From assembly GCF_024700885.2 (NCBI RefSeq), contig NZ_CP117016.1: a stretch of 64,000 bases of DNA; one strand, written 5' to 3'. Positions 45,118 through 57,768 of this stretch are shown one piece after another (the stretch's first letter is position 1; each line of letters begins with the position of its first letter). The notes below the pieces were generated by a model. That model had not been told where the DNA came from. It ran no database searches and worked only from the letters and a program-made list of their open reading frames with translations. A program made the position numbers and the translations under genes. Source of the stretch: Escherichia coli. Lineage in GTDB: Bacteria; Pseudomonadota; Gammaproteobacteria; Enterobacterales; Enterobacteriaceae.

Positions 45118-46017
45118 ATGTTGACAGCGTTTAGAGGTATTTTCCCGCCAGTTCCTACAATTGTTGACGCACAAGGGAAACTAGATAAGGCTGGCATGGC
45201 CCGGATGATCGACCATGTTTTAGAAAATGGTGCAAACGGGATGTTGATCCTTGGCAGTGGGGGAGAATTCTCACAATTTTCTTCCCAGCAACGAAAAGAG
45301 ATAGCTGCATTTTGCTTAAGTCATGTAGATGGCAAAGTGCCTGTTCTGGTGGGGATCGCCTGCGCGGGAACTGCAGAAACTATTGATTTAGGACATCATG
45401 CACAGGAGCACGGAGCTGATGGTGTGATGGTGGTGAATCCGTATTATGCAAAACTCAGCGATGATGCCCGGTTTATGCATTACAAATCTATTGCCGATTC
45501 ACTTAAAATTCCAGTGTTTCTCTATAACTTTCCTGATCTGACCGGTCAGGATATTGGGCTTGAGGTCATTACCCGGCTGGCCCGGGAAGTTCCAAATATC
45601 GTGGGTATCAAGGATACCATCGATAATATCAGCCATACCCGGGAAGTCATCAACCGTGTACATGCTTTTCGTCCGGATTTCATTATATTCAGCGGATATG
45701 ACGAATATATGCTGGATACCCTGTTACTGGGCGGCCATGGTGGTATTCCGGCGACATTCAATTTTGCTCCAAATATCACACGTGGTATTTATCAGGCCGT
45801 TATGGAAAATGATCTTGATAAAGCACGTTCTTTTCAGCAACAACTGGCAAAACTGTCTCCGTTATACACACTGGAGCAGCCTTTCTTTGGCGTGATAAAA
45901 ACTGCCATCAAACTGAGTGGACTGGACATATCTACTGCAGTTATGGCACCGGCTCTTCCGCTCAGTGATGACAAGGTCGCCAGGGTGAAAGCCATTCTGG
46001 AACACATTCACCAGTGA
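45118..46017 (+). CDS. DapA/NAL-family aldolase or dehydratase (Schiff-base class I aldolase fold)
   Basis: 299-aa product with conserved GIKDT lysine motif. Confidence 0.8.
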   Translation: MLTAFRGIFPPVPTIVDAQGKLDKAGMARMIDHVLENGANGMLILGSGGEFSQFSSQQRKEIAAFCLSHVDGKVPVLVGIACAGTAETIDLGHHAQEHGADGVMVVNPYYAKLSDDARFMHYKSIADSLKIPVFLYNFPDLTGQDIGLEVITRLAREVPNIVGIKDTIDNISHTREVINRVHAFRPDFIIFSGYDEYMLDTLLLGGHGGIPATFNFAPNITRGIYQAVMENDLDKARSFQQQLAKLSPLYTLEQPFFGVIKTAIKLSGLDISTAVMAPALPLSDDKVARVKAILEHIHQ

Positions 46018-46033
46018 TTACGAGGATCGTAAG

Positions 46034-47551
46034 ATGAATAAGACTCCGATACTCAAATTAAATAACTCGGATGATGTCGTTATTGCCAGGACAGAACTTC
46101 CTGCCGGAAGCTGGCTGGAATCTGAAAGTATGGAAACACGTGACCTTATTCCGGCAGGGCACAAAATTGCTCTTCGGGATATTCCGGCCGGCAGTGCCGT
46201 TAAACGCTATGGACAGATAATCGGTTTTGCGACCCGTGACATCCGACAGGGCGAACATATTCATGTGCATAATCTCGGTATGGGGAGTTTTGAGCGTGAT
46301 TATGCCTGGGGGATAGACAGTCATCTTCCGGAAAAGGATGTTCATCAGGATACCTTTATGGGGATCCGCAGAAAAGACGGACGGGTGGCAACCCGTAATT
46401 ATATTGGTGTACTGAGTTCTGTAAACTGTAGTGCAACCGTAGTAAGGGCAATTGAAGATCATTTCCGTACCCGTGGTCTCAGTGATTACCCTAATGTGGA
46501 TGGTATTGTTGCCCTCCCACAAAGTTTTGGTTGTGCCTTTGGCTCTGACAGCGAAATGATGAAAGTCATGCGGAGGACAATGGCAGGCTATGCCACGCAC
46601 GCGAACTTTGCCGGGATCGTGATCGTGGGACTGGGATGTGAATCATTCCAGATTAAGGACATGATGAATGCCCACGGATTACATGAAAGTCCTGTATTCC
46701 ATACAATGACTATTCAGGAAAGCGGCGGAACACGTAACGCTATAGAAAAAGGTATTTCCTTCATTCTCGACATGCTCCCGGAAGCCAACAATGTCAAACG
46801 AGAACCAGTTCCGGTATCAGAAATCATTCTGGCTCTTGAGTGTGGCGGCTCTGATAGCTATTCAGGAATTTCCGCTAATCCGGCTCTCGGGTACGCAGTT
46901 GATCGCCTGGTTCGCCAGGGAGGAACGGCTATTCTGTCGGAAACATCGGAAATTTATGGAGCAGAACACCTTCTGACACGCCGTGCCATTAGTCGCGAAG
47001 TTGGCGAGAAACTAATCCGCAGAATTAAGTGGTGGGAAGAGTACTGTAAACGTACAGGGAGTGAAATGAATAACAACCCTTCTGCAGGTAATAAAGCGGG
47101 GGGACTGACCACTGTTCTGGAGAAATCGCTGGGAGGGATAGCAAAAGCTGGTACAACCAGCTTAATGGATGTATATGAATATGCTGAACCGGTGACAGCA
47201 AAAGGGCTTGTCTTTATGGATACCCCCGGATATGACCCGATGGCAGTAACCGGACAAATCGCCGGAGGAGCCAACCTGCTGTGTTTTACCACGGGCAGGG
47301 GATCTGCCTTTGGCGCAAAACCCACTCCTTGTCTGAAACTGTCAACCAATAACGCACTATGGCAACGGCAGCGCGACGACATGGATTTAAACTGTGGCAC
47401 GATTGTTGATGGCGAAGAAACAATAGAACAGGTTGGAGAACGTATTTATCAGAGAATTATTGAGCTGGCTTCAGGTCATCGTAGTCGAAGTGAAGAGCTG
47501 GGTTATGGGAGCCAGGAATTCGTTCCCTGGATAATGAACTCAATCATGTAA
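46034..47551 (+). CDS. UxaA/GarD-family sugar-acid dehydratase (SAF domain plus altronate-hydrolase-like domain)
   Basis: 505-aa product; N-terminal SAF-like region and conserved Cys-containing C-terminal domain. Confidence 0.75.
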   Translation: MNKTPILKLNNSDDVVIARTELPAGSWLESESMETRDLIPAGHKIALRDIPAGSAVKRYGQIIGFATRDIRQGEHIHVHNLGMGSFERDYAWGIDSHLPEKDVHQDTFMGIRRKDGRVATRNYIGVLSSVNCSATVVRAIEDHFRTRGLSDYPNVDGIVALPQSFGCAFGSDSEMMKVMRRTMAGYATHANFAGIVIVGLGCESFQIKDMMNAHGLHESPVFHTMTIQESGGTRNAIEKGISFILDMLPEANNVKREPVPVSEIILALECGGSDSYSGISANPALGYAVDRLVRQGGTAILSETSEIYGAEHLLTRRAISREVGEKLIRRIKWWEEYCKRTGSEMNNNPSAGNKAGGLTTVLEKSLGGIAKAGTTSLMDVYEYAEPVTAKGLVFMDTPGYDPMAVTGQIAGGANLLCFTTGRGSAFGAKPTPCLKLSTNNALWQRQRDDMDLNCGTIVDGEETIEQVGERIYQRIIELASGHRSRSEELGYGSQEFVPWIMNSIM

Positions 47552-47628
47552 TAACTACAGGCATAATTTGTTTTGCCCGGAAATAAGGAAACAAACTGAA
47601 TCCTGTTTTTGATAATTAGAGGTGAATA

Positions 47629-48636
47629 ATGGAACGTAAACCAGTACTGGGCATTTTTTTAGGTGAAGCTGCCGGCATTGGACCTGAACTGGTTGCCAAA
47701 GTCGTAGCTGATGGTACTGTCTATAAATATTGCAGACCTGTTCTGATTGGCGATGCCCGGGTACTTGCTCTTGGGCAAGAGATTGCTGGTGTGGATTTTC
47801 AGTGGGATGTCATCAGTGATCCCACTGAAGCTGACTGGACTACGGGAAATGTACCATTACTTGATTTGAAAAATTTTAATCCCGAAAAACTAACTATGGG
47901 CACCATTGACACTGCCTCAGGTTATGCAACAGGAGAATCACTGGTAACCTGTATGTCATTACTTAAATCAGGTAAAATTGACGGTTTTGTTTTCGCTCCA
48001 CTCAATAAAGAAGCGTTCAAGAAGGGGGGCTGGGATATTGAGGACGAACATTATCTCTTTGCTGAGCAGTTAGGATACTTGGATAAACCACGTGGCCTGT
48101 TGAATGTCCTTGATGACCTCTGGGTTTTTCGCGTGACGGGACATATTCCATTCAAAGATATTGCCAGCCATATTACACCAGAAAATGTCAGTCGTTCGAT
48201 TCAGTTATGCTACGATACATTAAAGATGGCGGGTTATAAATCACCTCGCATTGCAGTTGCGGCACTAAATCCTCATGCTGGTGATGGTGGTACATGTGGC
48301 ACTGAGGAAATAGATGTACTTATCCCTGTAATTGAAATGTTTCGGGAGAAAGGAATGGATATGTACGGTCCTGTCCCAGGGGACACCATCTTTATTCATG
48401 CATTTAATCATGAATATGATGCGATCGTTACCCTGTTCCATGATCAAGGACAAATTGCCACCAAGCTTCATTCCTTTGATGTGGGCATAACTGTAGCCGC
48501 CGGGCTTCCATTTGCTATAACAACACCGGAACATGGCACTGCATTTGATATTGCAGGTAAGGGGATCGCAAAAACAATGGCTACAGAGAGGGCTATTGCT
48601 GTTGCAGCCAGAATGGCATCAACAACACAGAAATAA
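47629..48636 (+). CDS. PdxA-family NAD-dependent dehydrogenase (4-hydroxythreonine-4-phosphate dehydrogenase-like)
   Basis: 335-aa product with GEAAGIGPE N-terminal motif and metal-binding His residues. Confidence 0.75.
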   Translation: MERKPVLGIFLGEAAGIGPELVAKVVADGTVYKYCRPVLIGDARVLALGQEIAGVDFQWDVISDPTEADWTTGNVPLLDLKNFNPEKLTMGTIDTASGYATGESLVTCMSLLKSGKIDGFVFAPLNKEAFKKGGWDIEDEHYLFAEQLGYLDKPRGLLNVLDDLWVFRVTGHIPFKDIASHITPENVSRSIQLCYDTLKMAGYKSPRIAVAALNPHAGDGGTCGTEEIDVLIPVIEMFREKGMDMYGPVPGDTIFIHAFNHEYDAIVTLFHDQGQIATKLHSFDVGITVAAGLPFAITTPEHGTAFDIAGKGIAKTMATERAIAVAARMASTTQK

Positions 48637-48937
48637 TTTTTATAATAGCAGATAATAATACAATATATAACTTATATTGAGGGATATAGATATTATCTGC
48701 ATTAAAATGAGCTTTATAAAATGTCTTTATAAAGTTATCGCAAGTAATAGTGACTGTTTAAAATAGCAATAGACTATTTTATCTTCTAAGGAATACGATA
48801 CAGTCTATTGTTGGACTTATAGGAGCACTACTTCTCGGAACTATTCTTTGTTAGTAATTTCGCAATCAATATCCAGAAAGTAAAATCAAATTTTAACATA
48901 TTTAGTCTAATAGGTGTATTATTAAAGGAGAATAATT

Positions 48938-50203
48938 ATGTCCGCCTATGAGAAAGCAACAAATATAAGATGGAGAATATTTTTTGTACTTTTCCTTCTT
49001 GTTGTTGTCAGTATGATTGATCGAGCCTCAATATCTATAGCTATGCCTACTATTGCTAAAGATCTGGGATTAAGCGATACGATGCAAGGACTAATCTTGA
49101 GTGGTTTTTTCTGGACTTATGCATGCATGCAAATACCGGGTGGATTTTTAGCCGATAAATTTGGGGCAAGAATTATATTAGCATGCTCGGCAATACTTTG
49201 GGGAACTGCAGAAGCACTATTAGGGTTATGCCCAACAGGCTTTGCCTTACTTGCTGCTAATCTATTGCTTGGTGCAAGTGAAGCACCTGTATTTCCTTCT
49301 GGAGCCAGACTGAATGCAATCTGGCTTAACAAAAATGAAAGAGCTCGGGGAGCAACACTAATGGATGCAGGAGGGCCATTTGGTGCTGCAATTGGAGGAA
49401 TATTAGTAGCTGAAATGATGTTATATTTTACATCATGGCGGATTACCTTCATTATTTGTGGCATCGCAGCTATAACTCTGGGGCTAATCGCATACTGGGT
49501 TATTCGCGACAGGCCTGAAGATTCGCCAAGAGTGAATAACAAAGAACTGGGAATCATTAATCTCGATCGTGTTGTACAAGATACAGTAGAAGAAAATAAT
49601 GATCCCTTATTAAAAGTGATTCCACTACGTTCCTTCATCGGCATGCTTCTAGGCCGTTGTTCATGGGCTATGTGTTTCTTTGGTTTATTAACATGGGGGC
49701 CGGGATATCTTACACGAGCATTAAACCTGGATTTAAAAGCCGTTGGGTTTGCCACAATGATCGTTTTCTGTGCAGGTGGTTGTGGTAGCCTTTGTGGAGG
49801 ATGGCTCGCAGATAAACTTGCAAGTAAAGGGTTCGGACAGGCTAGATCATGTAAATTTCTATTAACAGTGTCAGGTATCTGCACGCTTATATCATTTGCT
49901 TTATTACCAAGTATTCCTGACGTAAAAACATCGATTATTTTACTGTCCTGCGCTGCATTTGTTTTAATGTGGGGAAGTATGTACTGGACATTCCCTCCTT
50001 TACTGGCACCCCGTTCTCGCGTAGCTACCGTCGGAGGAATGATGAATATGGCGGGAAGTGTTGGGGGCATTTGCATTCCTTTATTAGTAGGACTTATTTT
50101 AGATGTAACAAATTCATTCAATCCTGTACTCTATTTCTTTGCTGGTTGCGCAGTGATATTTATTTTAATGACAAACATTATTGATTTACGACACGTGCGA
50201 TAG
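48938..50203 (+). CDS. MFS transporter, anion:cation symporter-like (hexuronate/aldarate type)
   Basis: 421-aa, about 12 TM segments; AT-rich codon usage. Confidence 0.75.
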   Translation: MSAYEKATNIRWRIFFVLFLLVVVSMIDRASISIAMPTIAKDLGLSDTMQGLILSGFFWTYACMQIPGGFLADKFGARIILACSAILWGTAEALLGLCPTGFALLAANLLLGASEAPVFPSGARLNAIWLNKNERARGATLMDAGGPFGAAIGGILVAEMMLYFTSWRITFIICGIAAITLGLIAYWVIRDRPEDSPRVNNKELGIINLDRVVQDTVEENNDPLLKVIPLRSFIGMLLGRCSWAMCFFGLLTWGPGYLTRALNLDLKAVGFATMIVFCAGGCGSLCGGWLADKLASKGFGQARSCKFLLTVSGICTLISFALLPSIPDVKTSIILLSCAAFVLMWGSMYWTFPPLLAPRSRVATVGGMMNMAGSVGGICIPLLVGLILDVTNSFNPVLYFFAGCAVIFILMTNIIDLRHVR

Positions 50204-50212
50204 GAGATAAAT

Positions 50213-51169
50213 ATGAACATTAAGCCACTAAATTTATATGATGGTCCTGTAATCGATGCTCATCATCATTTCTGGGATCCGATAAAAAACGATCATCCTT
50301 GGTTGAAACCGGATGTTTTAATTCCTTTTAGATATGGTGATTATACAGCCATTAAGAGAAAATATTATCCAGAAGATTATTTTGCAGATGTAGGTGATAT
50401 TAATATTGTTGAAACATGTTATATGGAAACTGAATGGAATCCAACGGATCCATGTGGTGAAAGCGATTTCATTACATCAGTGGCAAAAATGACAGGTTAT
50501 CCAAATGCTGTTGTCGGTCAGGCTTGGTTAAACCATGATGATATAGATTCTGTATTAAAAATGCAGAGCTCATATAAGCTAATGCGAAGCATCAGACATA
50601 AACCTGAAGGCCCGGATAAACCAGAAGATGTTGGACAGTATACCACACTGATGAGTGATGAAAAATGGCGATATGGCTATTCGTTACTTTCGAAATATAA
50701 TTTAATGTTTGACCTTCAGACCCAGTGGTGGAACCTGCATGAAGCAGTAAAACTTGCAAATGATTTTCCAGATACAGTCATAATACTTAACCATACAGGA
50801 CTTCCTGCACAACGATCTGCTGAAGGGCTTGCCGGTTGGCATTCAGCAATGGCTTCTTTAGCTGAGTGTCAAAATGTTATGGTCAAAATTTCGGGAATAG
50901 GTTTAAAAGGAATCCCATGGACAATGGAGAATAATTTATGGATTATATCTGAAACCTTATCAATGTTTGGTCCTGACAGGGTAATGTTTGCAAGCAATTT
51001 CCCCGTAGATAGCCTTTGTGGCAGCTTTACTAATATATTCCATGGTTTTATGACAGTGTGTGAAATGAAAGGATATTCGCATGCCGCTCAGCGGAAGATG
51101 TTTCATGACAATTGTAAGAGAATTTATCGAACAATCCCACCACATAAATTGAAAGAAAAGCATAGCTAA
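50213..51169 (+). CDS. Amidohydrolase-2 family metal-dependent hydrolase (putative lactonase)
   Basis: 318-aa product with N-terminal HHHFWD metal-binding motif. Confidence 0.7.
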   Translation: MNIKPLNLYDGPVIDAHHHFWDPIKNDHPWLKPDVLIPFRYGDYTAIKRKYYPEDYFADVGDINIVETCYMETEWNPTDPCGESDFITSVAKMTGYPNAVVGQAWLNHDDIDSVLKMQSSYKLMRSIRHKPEGPDKPEDVGQYTTLMSDEKWRYGYSLLSKYNLMFDLQTQWWNLHEAVKLANDFPDTVIILNHTGLPAQRSAEGLAGWHSAMASLAECQNVMVKISGIGLKGIPWTMENNLWIISETLSMFGPDRVMFASNFPVDSLCGSFTNIFHGFMTVCEMKGYSHAAQRKMFHDNCKRIYRTIPPHKLKEKHS

Positions 51170-51676
51170 TAACCATACAACAAAACCTGATATTTATTGT
51201 GATATATAACGTATCAAACTTTATAACTTTTAAATATATGTTATGTTCATACTATGTCGAATGATAGTGCTCAAGTAGCACATCTAAAAAGACAATGCAA
51301 AACAGTAATAACCCCCCTTGCTAAAAAAAGGGGGGTATCATCCCTACACCGTCTCCAAAGGAGATGGAGATAGTTCCTATAAGGTCATAGCCTAAAAAAT
51401 ACCTATGACGGAATATCTCAACTTACTCACCACAATTAAAAAGAGACAAAATGACATGGAGTTTATGTGACCTCATCCCATTTTGCACAGCCTCCATTGT
51501 TCTGACATTGACGGCAGGTTGCCGCTTTATATCCGGCTTTATTGCAGCCATAAAGTTATGTGCCACTATATAATTCTCTGACTCACACTTCATTTACTGC
51601 ACGGGCTTCAAGCCCAAACCTCATGCAGGTTTAGTGAGTCCCAATCTTACCTGTCTTTATCATCTGTCACGAACGA

Positions 51677-53249
<1,573 letters not shown>

Positions 53250-53297
53250 TGAAATTCCTGAGAGAATAGTGGACACCAAATATGGTGGACGCTATCC

Positions 53298-53702
53298 ATG
53301 AAATCATTAACCGCAGTGCGTAAAAAAAGCCCTAATTATCCCGTTGAGTTCAAAATCAAAATGGTTGAACTCTCGCATCGACCAGAGATCTCCGTAGCGC
53401 AACTCGCTCGTGAGCATGGGATCAACGATAATTTGCTGTTCAAGTGGCGCCAGTACTGGCGCGAAGGAAAACTACGTCCTCCTTCAACAACAGAAAACAA
53501 CGTGCCTGAGCTGCTCCCGATAACACTTGATGCCGAAGATGTTGTCCCTACAACCTCCCCCCGGTCACAACCTGTAGCTGCTGCGACACCTGAATCACTC
53601 AATATCAGCTGTGAAGTGACGTTCCGGCACGGATCACTCCGTCTGAATGGTGCCATCAGCGAAAATATCCTGAACCTGCTGATACGGGAGCTCAAACGTT
53701 GA
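53298..53702 (+). CDS. IS66-family accessory protein (orf1/TnpA-like)
   Basis: 134-aa product with LAREHGINDNLLFKWRQ motif. Confidence 0.75.
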   Translation: MKSLTAVRKKSPNYPVEFKIKMVELSHRPEISVAQLAREHGINDNLLFKWRQYWREGKLRPPSTTENNVPELLPITLDAEDVVPTTSPRSQPVAAATPESLNISCEVTFRHGSLRLNGAISENILNLLIRELKR

Positions 53703-54046
53703 TCCCATTACCATCAGGGACAAAGATCTGGCTGGTCGCTGGCATCACCGATATGAGAAACGGCTTCAACGGCCTGGCGGCAAAGGTGCAGACGACGCTG
53801 AAAGACGATCCGATGTCAGGTCACGTTTTTATCTTCCGTGGGCGTAATGGCAGTCAGGTAAAGCTCCTCTGGTCTACCGGCGATGGACTGTGTCTGCTGA
53901 CCAAACGGCTGGAGCGCGGCCGCTTCGCCTGGCCGTCAGCCCGGGATGGCAAAGTGTTCCTCACACCGGCACAGCTGGCGATGCTGCTGGAAGGTATCGA
54001 CTGGCGGCAGCCTAAAAGACTACTTACGTCCCTGACTATGTTGTAA
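53699..54046 (+). CDS. IS66-family accessory protein (orf2/TnpB-like)
   Basis: 115-aa product overlapping orf1 by 4 bp (ATGA). Confidence 0.75.
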   Translation: MIPLPSGTKIWLVAGITDMRNGFNGLAAKVQTTLKDDPMSGHVFIFRGRNGSQVKLLWSTGDGLCLLTKRLERGRFAWPSARDGKVFLTPAQLAMLLEGIDWRQPKRLLTSLTML

Positions 54047-54094
54047 GCCTCTTTATCCTGGTCGACGCTGAATGAGCCTGGTAATATACCCGGT

Positions 54095-55519
54095 ATGAGC
54101 AGCTCACTTCCTGACGATATCAATGCACTGAAACGTCTCCTTGCCGAACAGGAGGCGCTGAACCGTGCCCTGCAGGAAAAGCTGAACGAGCGTGAACGCG
54201 AAATAGACCATCTGCAGGCACAGCTGGATAAGCTGCGCCGGATGAACTTCGGCAGCCGCTCGGAAAAAGTCTCCCGTCGTATCGCACAGATGGAAGCTGA
54301 CCTGAAGGCACTTCAGAAAGAAAGTGATACCCTTACCGGTCGGGTTGACGACCCGGCCGTGCAGCGCCCGCTGCGTCAAACCCGCACCCGCAAACCGTTC
54401 CCCGAATCACTCCCCCGCGATGAAAAACGGCTGCTGCCGGCAGCGTCATGCTGCCCGGAATGTGGAGGCTCGCTGAGCTATCTGGGTGAGGATGCCGCCG
54501 AACAGCTGGAGTTGATGCGCAGCGCCTTCCGGGTTATCCGGACTGTACGTGAAAAGCATGCCTGTACTCAGTGCGATGCCATCGTGCAGGCCCCCGCGCC
54601 TTCACGGCCCATCGAGCGGGGTATCGCAGGACCGGGGCTGCTGGCCCGCGTGCTGATCTCAAAGTATGCAGAGCACACCCCGCTGTACCGCCAGTCTGAA
54701 ATGTACGGCCGCCAGGGCGTGGAGCTGAGTCGTTCACTGCTGTCGGGCTGGGTGGATGCATGCTGCCGGCTACTGTCACCGCTGGAAGAAGCGCTTCAGG
54801 ACTATGTGCTGACTGACGGTAAGCTCCATGCTGATGACACGCCTGTCCCGGTGCTGTTGCCAGGCAATAAGAAAACGAAGACCGGGCGGTTATGGACCTA
54901 CGTTCGTGACGACCGTAACGCCGGGTCAACGCTGGCGCCGGCGGTGTGGTTCGCTTACAGCCCGGACAGAAAAGGCATCCATCCGCAGACCCATCTTGCG
55001 GGGTTCAGTGGTGTACTGCAGGCGGATGCATACGCCGGGTTCAACGAGCTGTACCGGGATGGCCGGATAACGGAAGCCGCCTGTTGGGCTCACGCCCGCC
55101 GTAAAATCCACGATGTGCACGTTCGCACCCCGTCAGCCCTGACGGAGGAAGCGCTGAAACGGATCGGCGAACTGTACGCCATCGAGGCAGAGATAAGGGG
55201 AATGACGGCGGAGCAGCGCCTTGCCGAACGTCAGTTGAAAACGAAACCGCTGCTGAAATCCCTGGAAAGCTGGCTGCGTGAAAAGATGAAAACCCTGTCG
55301 CGACACTCAGAACTGGCGAAAGCGTTCGCATACGCCCTGAACCAGTGGCCGGCGCTGACGTACTATGCAGATGATGGCTGGGCTGAGGCGGACAATAACA
55401 TCGCTGAAAATGCGTTGCGGATGGTCAGTCTGGGCCGCAAAAACTCTTATGACCTTTGTCAAATATTAAGCCCAAAAAGACCTACGCAGCTCCGGGAGCT
55501 TCGTTATATCGCGGATTAA
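54095..55519 (+). pseudogene. IS66-family transposase (orf3), disrupted at about 55445 by the IS110-family insertion; C-terminal remainder at about 56890-57078
   Basis: Transposase sequence stops matching after ...MVSLGRKN and resumes as FFGSDHGGERGALLYSLIGTCKLNGVEPESYLRYVLDVIADWPINR after the insert. Confidence 0.7.
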
Positions 55520-56889
55520 AGAACCTGAAACAGTCAGACTGTATCTTGGATTTTACAAACTCTTATTCGGGGATTTTAGCCCCATGACGATTTACGCAGT
55601 GAGCTGGCCTCTTTCTACGTGCAGGTATTAGCGCATTCTGGCTTCCCTGAATTCTTTTTCGAGGATCACTCATTCCGTGTCTGACTGCTTCAGGGTTTAA
55701 TTTTGCTTCTGCTGACTGAATGATGATTGGGCAGCAAGTGCAATATCCCACATAAATCCAGTCAACTCACGAGCCACCGCCGTAATGGCTACTTGTGATT
55801 TTTTCCCTTTTGCTGTCAGAGTTCGGTAACGAGAACACAATCGTTGTTGAGCTTTCCATGCAATATCTTTGGAATATTGTGTTACAGAGTCCGGTCGGTA
55901 ATATATAAGCCATGCACCAACTTTTGCAGGTGTACGATAAGACCAGGCGGCTTCGTAAAGCAGACGTCTCAGTTCGCTGTTTCCAACTTTTGTTATTCCT
56001 CTGGGACGAATACTGTTTCCACTGGAATATTCACCTGGCACCAGTCCCAGAAAAGCCATGAGCTGTTTGGGATTGGAAAATCGCGAAAAATCACCCAGTT
56101 CAGCAACCAGGGTTATTGCAATTAGCTGACCAACACCTTTTAGAGCCTGCAACTGGCAGACCAGATTGCACAGAGACCACTCAGGTAACAGGCGAGATAT
56201 TTCCTGGTCGAGTTGAAGTATGCGATCTTCAATCTGCTCCAGACTTTGACAATAGTGTTGAAAAGCAATCTGCTGAGATGGCTGACTAAATGATTGATTA
56301 GCTAACCAGGTTCGATGTTTGCCGGTCCAGTGCTTCCCTGCATAACGTTTGTCTGTTCGCAATAGCATGCTCAGAATTCGCTGTCGGGCAACTCTGCTGT
56401 CTCGTTTAGCTGCTGCACGGGCTCTGATTAGATCCCGCATAGCTTCATGAGTCAGGTCAGGGATCCAGACAGGGGTAAGTTCACCAGCCCGCAGTAACCT
56501 GGCAAGAGAAATTGCGTCCCGATGATCATTTTTGATTCTGTCTGTCGGTGATTTTGGTATCCGGGAAGGGGCAATAACCTGGAATTTTATATTCATCGCT
56601 GTGAGTTGATGATATAGCCCAAAACCACAGGGGCCAGCCTCATAGCAGGAAAGAATGTTTCCGTAAAGTCCCTGCAATTTCTGAAATAATCGACGTACAG
56701 CCTGGGCTTCGTTGTTAATCGTACCATAATAACGAACTTCGCCAAGCCGTTCAGGTGCAGCAATAGCAACCGCCAACGTTTCTTTATGTACATCCAGCCC
56801 GATGTAAGCTGCAATATTTTCCGAATGCATAATGACCTCCTCTGGAATATCCCACCAATGCTATAGTGAGTATATAAAGGTCATACCAT
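55445..56889 (-). mobile_element. IS110-family insertion sequence nested inside the IS66 transposase gene
   Basis: About 1.45-kb block carrying a single transposase gene; exact ends approximate. Confidence 0.6.
55697..56830 (-). CDS. IS110-family transposase
   Basis: 377-aa product; N-terminal YIGLDVHKETLAVAIA (DEDD catalytic region) and C-terminal Transposase_20-like GLVPGEYSSGNSIRPRGITKVGNSELRR. Confidence 0.75.
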   Translation of the reverse strand: MHSENIAAYIGLDVHKETLAVAIAAPERLGEVRYYGTINNEAQAVRRLFQKLQGLYGNILSCYEAGPCGFGLYHQLTAMNIKFQVIAPSRIPKSPTDRIKNDHRDAISLARLLRAGELTPVWIPDLTHEAMRDLIRARAAAKRDSRVARQRILSMLLRTDKRYAGKHWTGKHRTWLANQSFSQPSQQIAFQHYCQSLEQIEDRILQLDQEISRLLPEWSLCNLVCQLQALKGVGQLIAITLVAELGDFSRFSNPKQLMAFLGLVPGEYSSGNSIRPRGITKVGNSELRRLLYEAAWSYRTPAKVGAWLIYYRPDSVTQYSKDIAWKAQQRLCSRYRTLTAKGKKSQVAITAVARELTGFMWDIALAAQSSFSQQKQN

Positions 56890-57116
56890 CTACCTGTTCT
56901 TCGGTTCGGATCATGGAGGAGAGCGGGGAGCGCTGCTGTACAGCCTGATCGGGACGTGCAAACTGAACGGAGTGGAGCCAGAAAGCTACCTCCGCTATGT
57001 CCTTGACGTCATAGCCGACTGGCCGATAAACCGGGTCGGCGAACTGCTCCCCTGGCGCGTAGCACTGCCGACTGAATAACACATCCCCGTCAATACGGTT
57101 CTTGCTGCACGCTTAC

Positions 57117-57640
57117 AGTTCGTAAACGTCCGATAGCGATGATCTGAAGTGCACTATTTGCAGCACGCTCCCCACCCCGATTAAGTCGGTAACGGTTCAT
57201 TTTTTTAGAAGATACGGTAACCGAGTTGACACCACACAGCACCGCAAAACCTGATTCTATTCTTAGCCGTTGGGGATTATCTCCGGCAGTGATGAGCAAC
57301 TGCGAAGCGCTTTCGTATCCAACAGCATTACGTTTAATCAGTTCAGGTGCCAGTTCATCGACAATTGCCGCAATCATGACATCAAGGTCGGCGATTTCAT
57401 CATGTAACTCGAAATAGCGTCAGGCAAGTGATTTCAATGCAATGCGATAAACGTTGGTAACATTACGATATTCACTGGCACTAGGCTTCCAGGATCCCGG
57501 AGTCCTGATAAGTTGCATACGTGTCATATTTCTGAGTGGTTCGCGTAATTCATCCGGTGCAGAGATAATATAGGAATGGATAATCTGGAGAGCGACTCTG
57601 CAGGCTGATATTGCGGTTTTGCGGCAAGTTTTTGGCATCC
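57117..57640 (-). pseudogene. Fragmented transposase gene, possibly IS110-like, abutting the IS66 right end
   Basis: Frame-shifted fragments with AIVDELAPELIK and SSKKMNRYRLNRGGERAANSALQIIAI motifs. Confidence 0.35.
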
Positions 57641-57768
57641 GCTTCTACGCCAAATACCTGAAGTAGGAATGGATGCGTTAGCAGCATACATCCGGATCTG
57701 CGCGGGGAATAGCCGGAAACGGCTATCCCTACCACAATAGCTAACTTTGTAATAGTGCCCTTTTAGGC

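Noticed and set aside
49117-50121. 334-aa minus-strand ORF
   Set aside because: Antisense to the MFS transporter gene; low-complexity translation with no start context.
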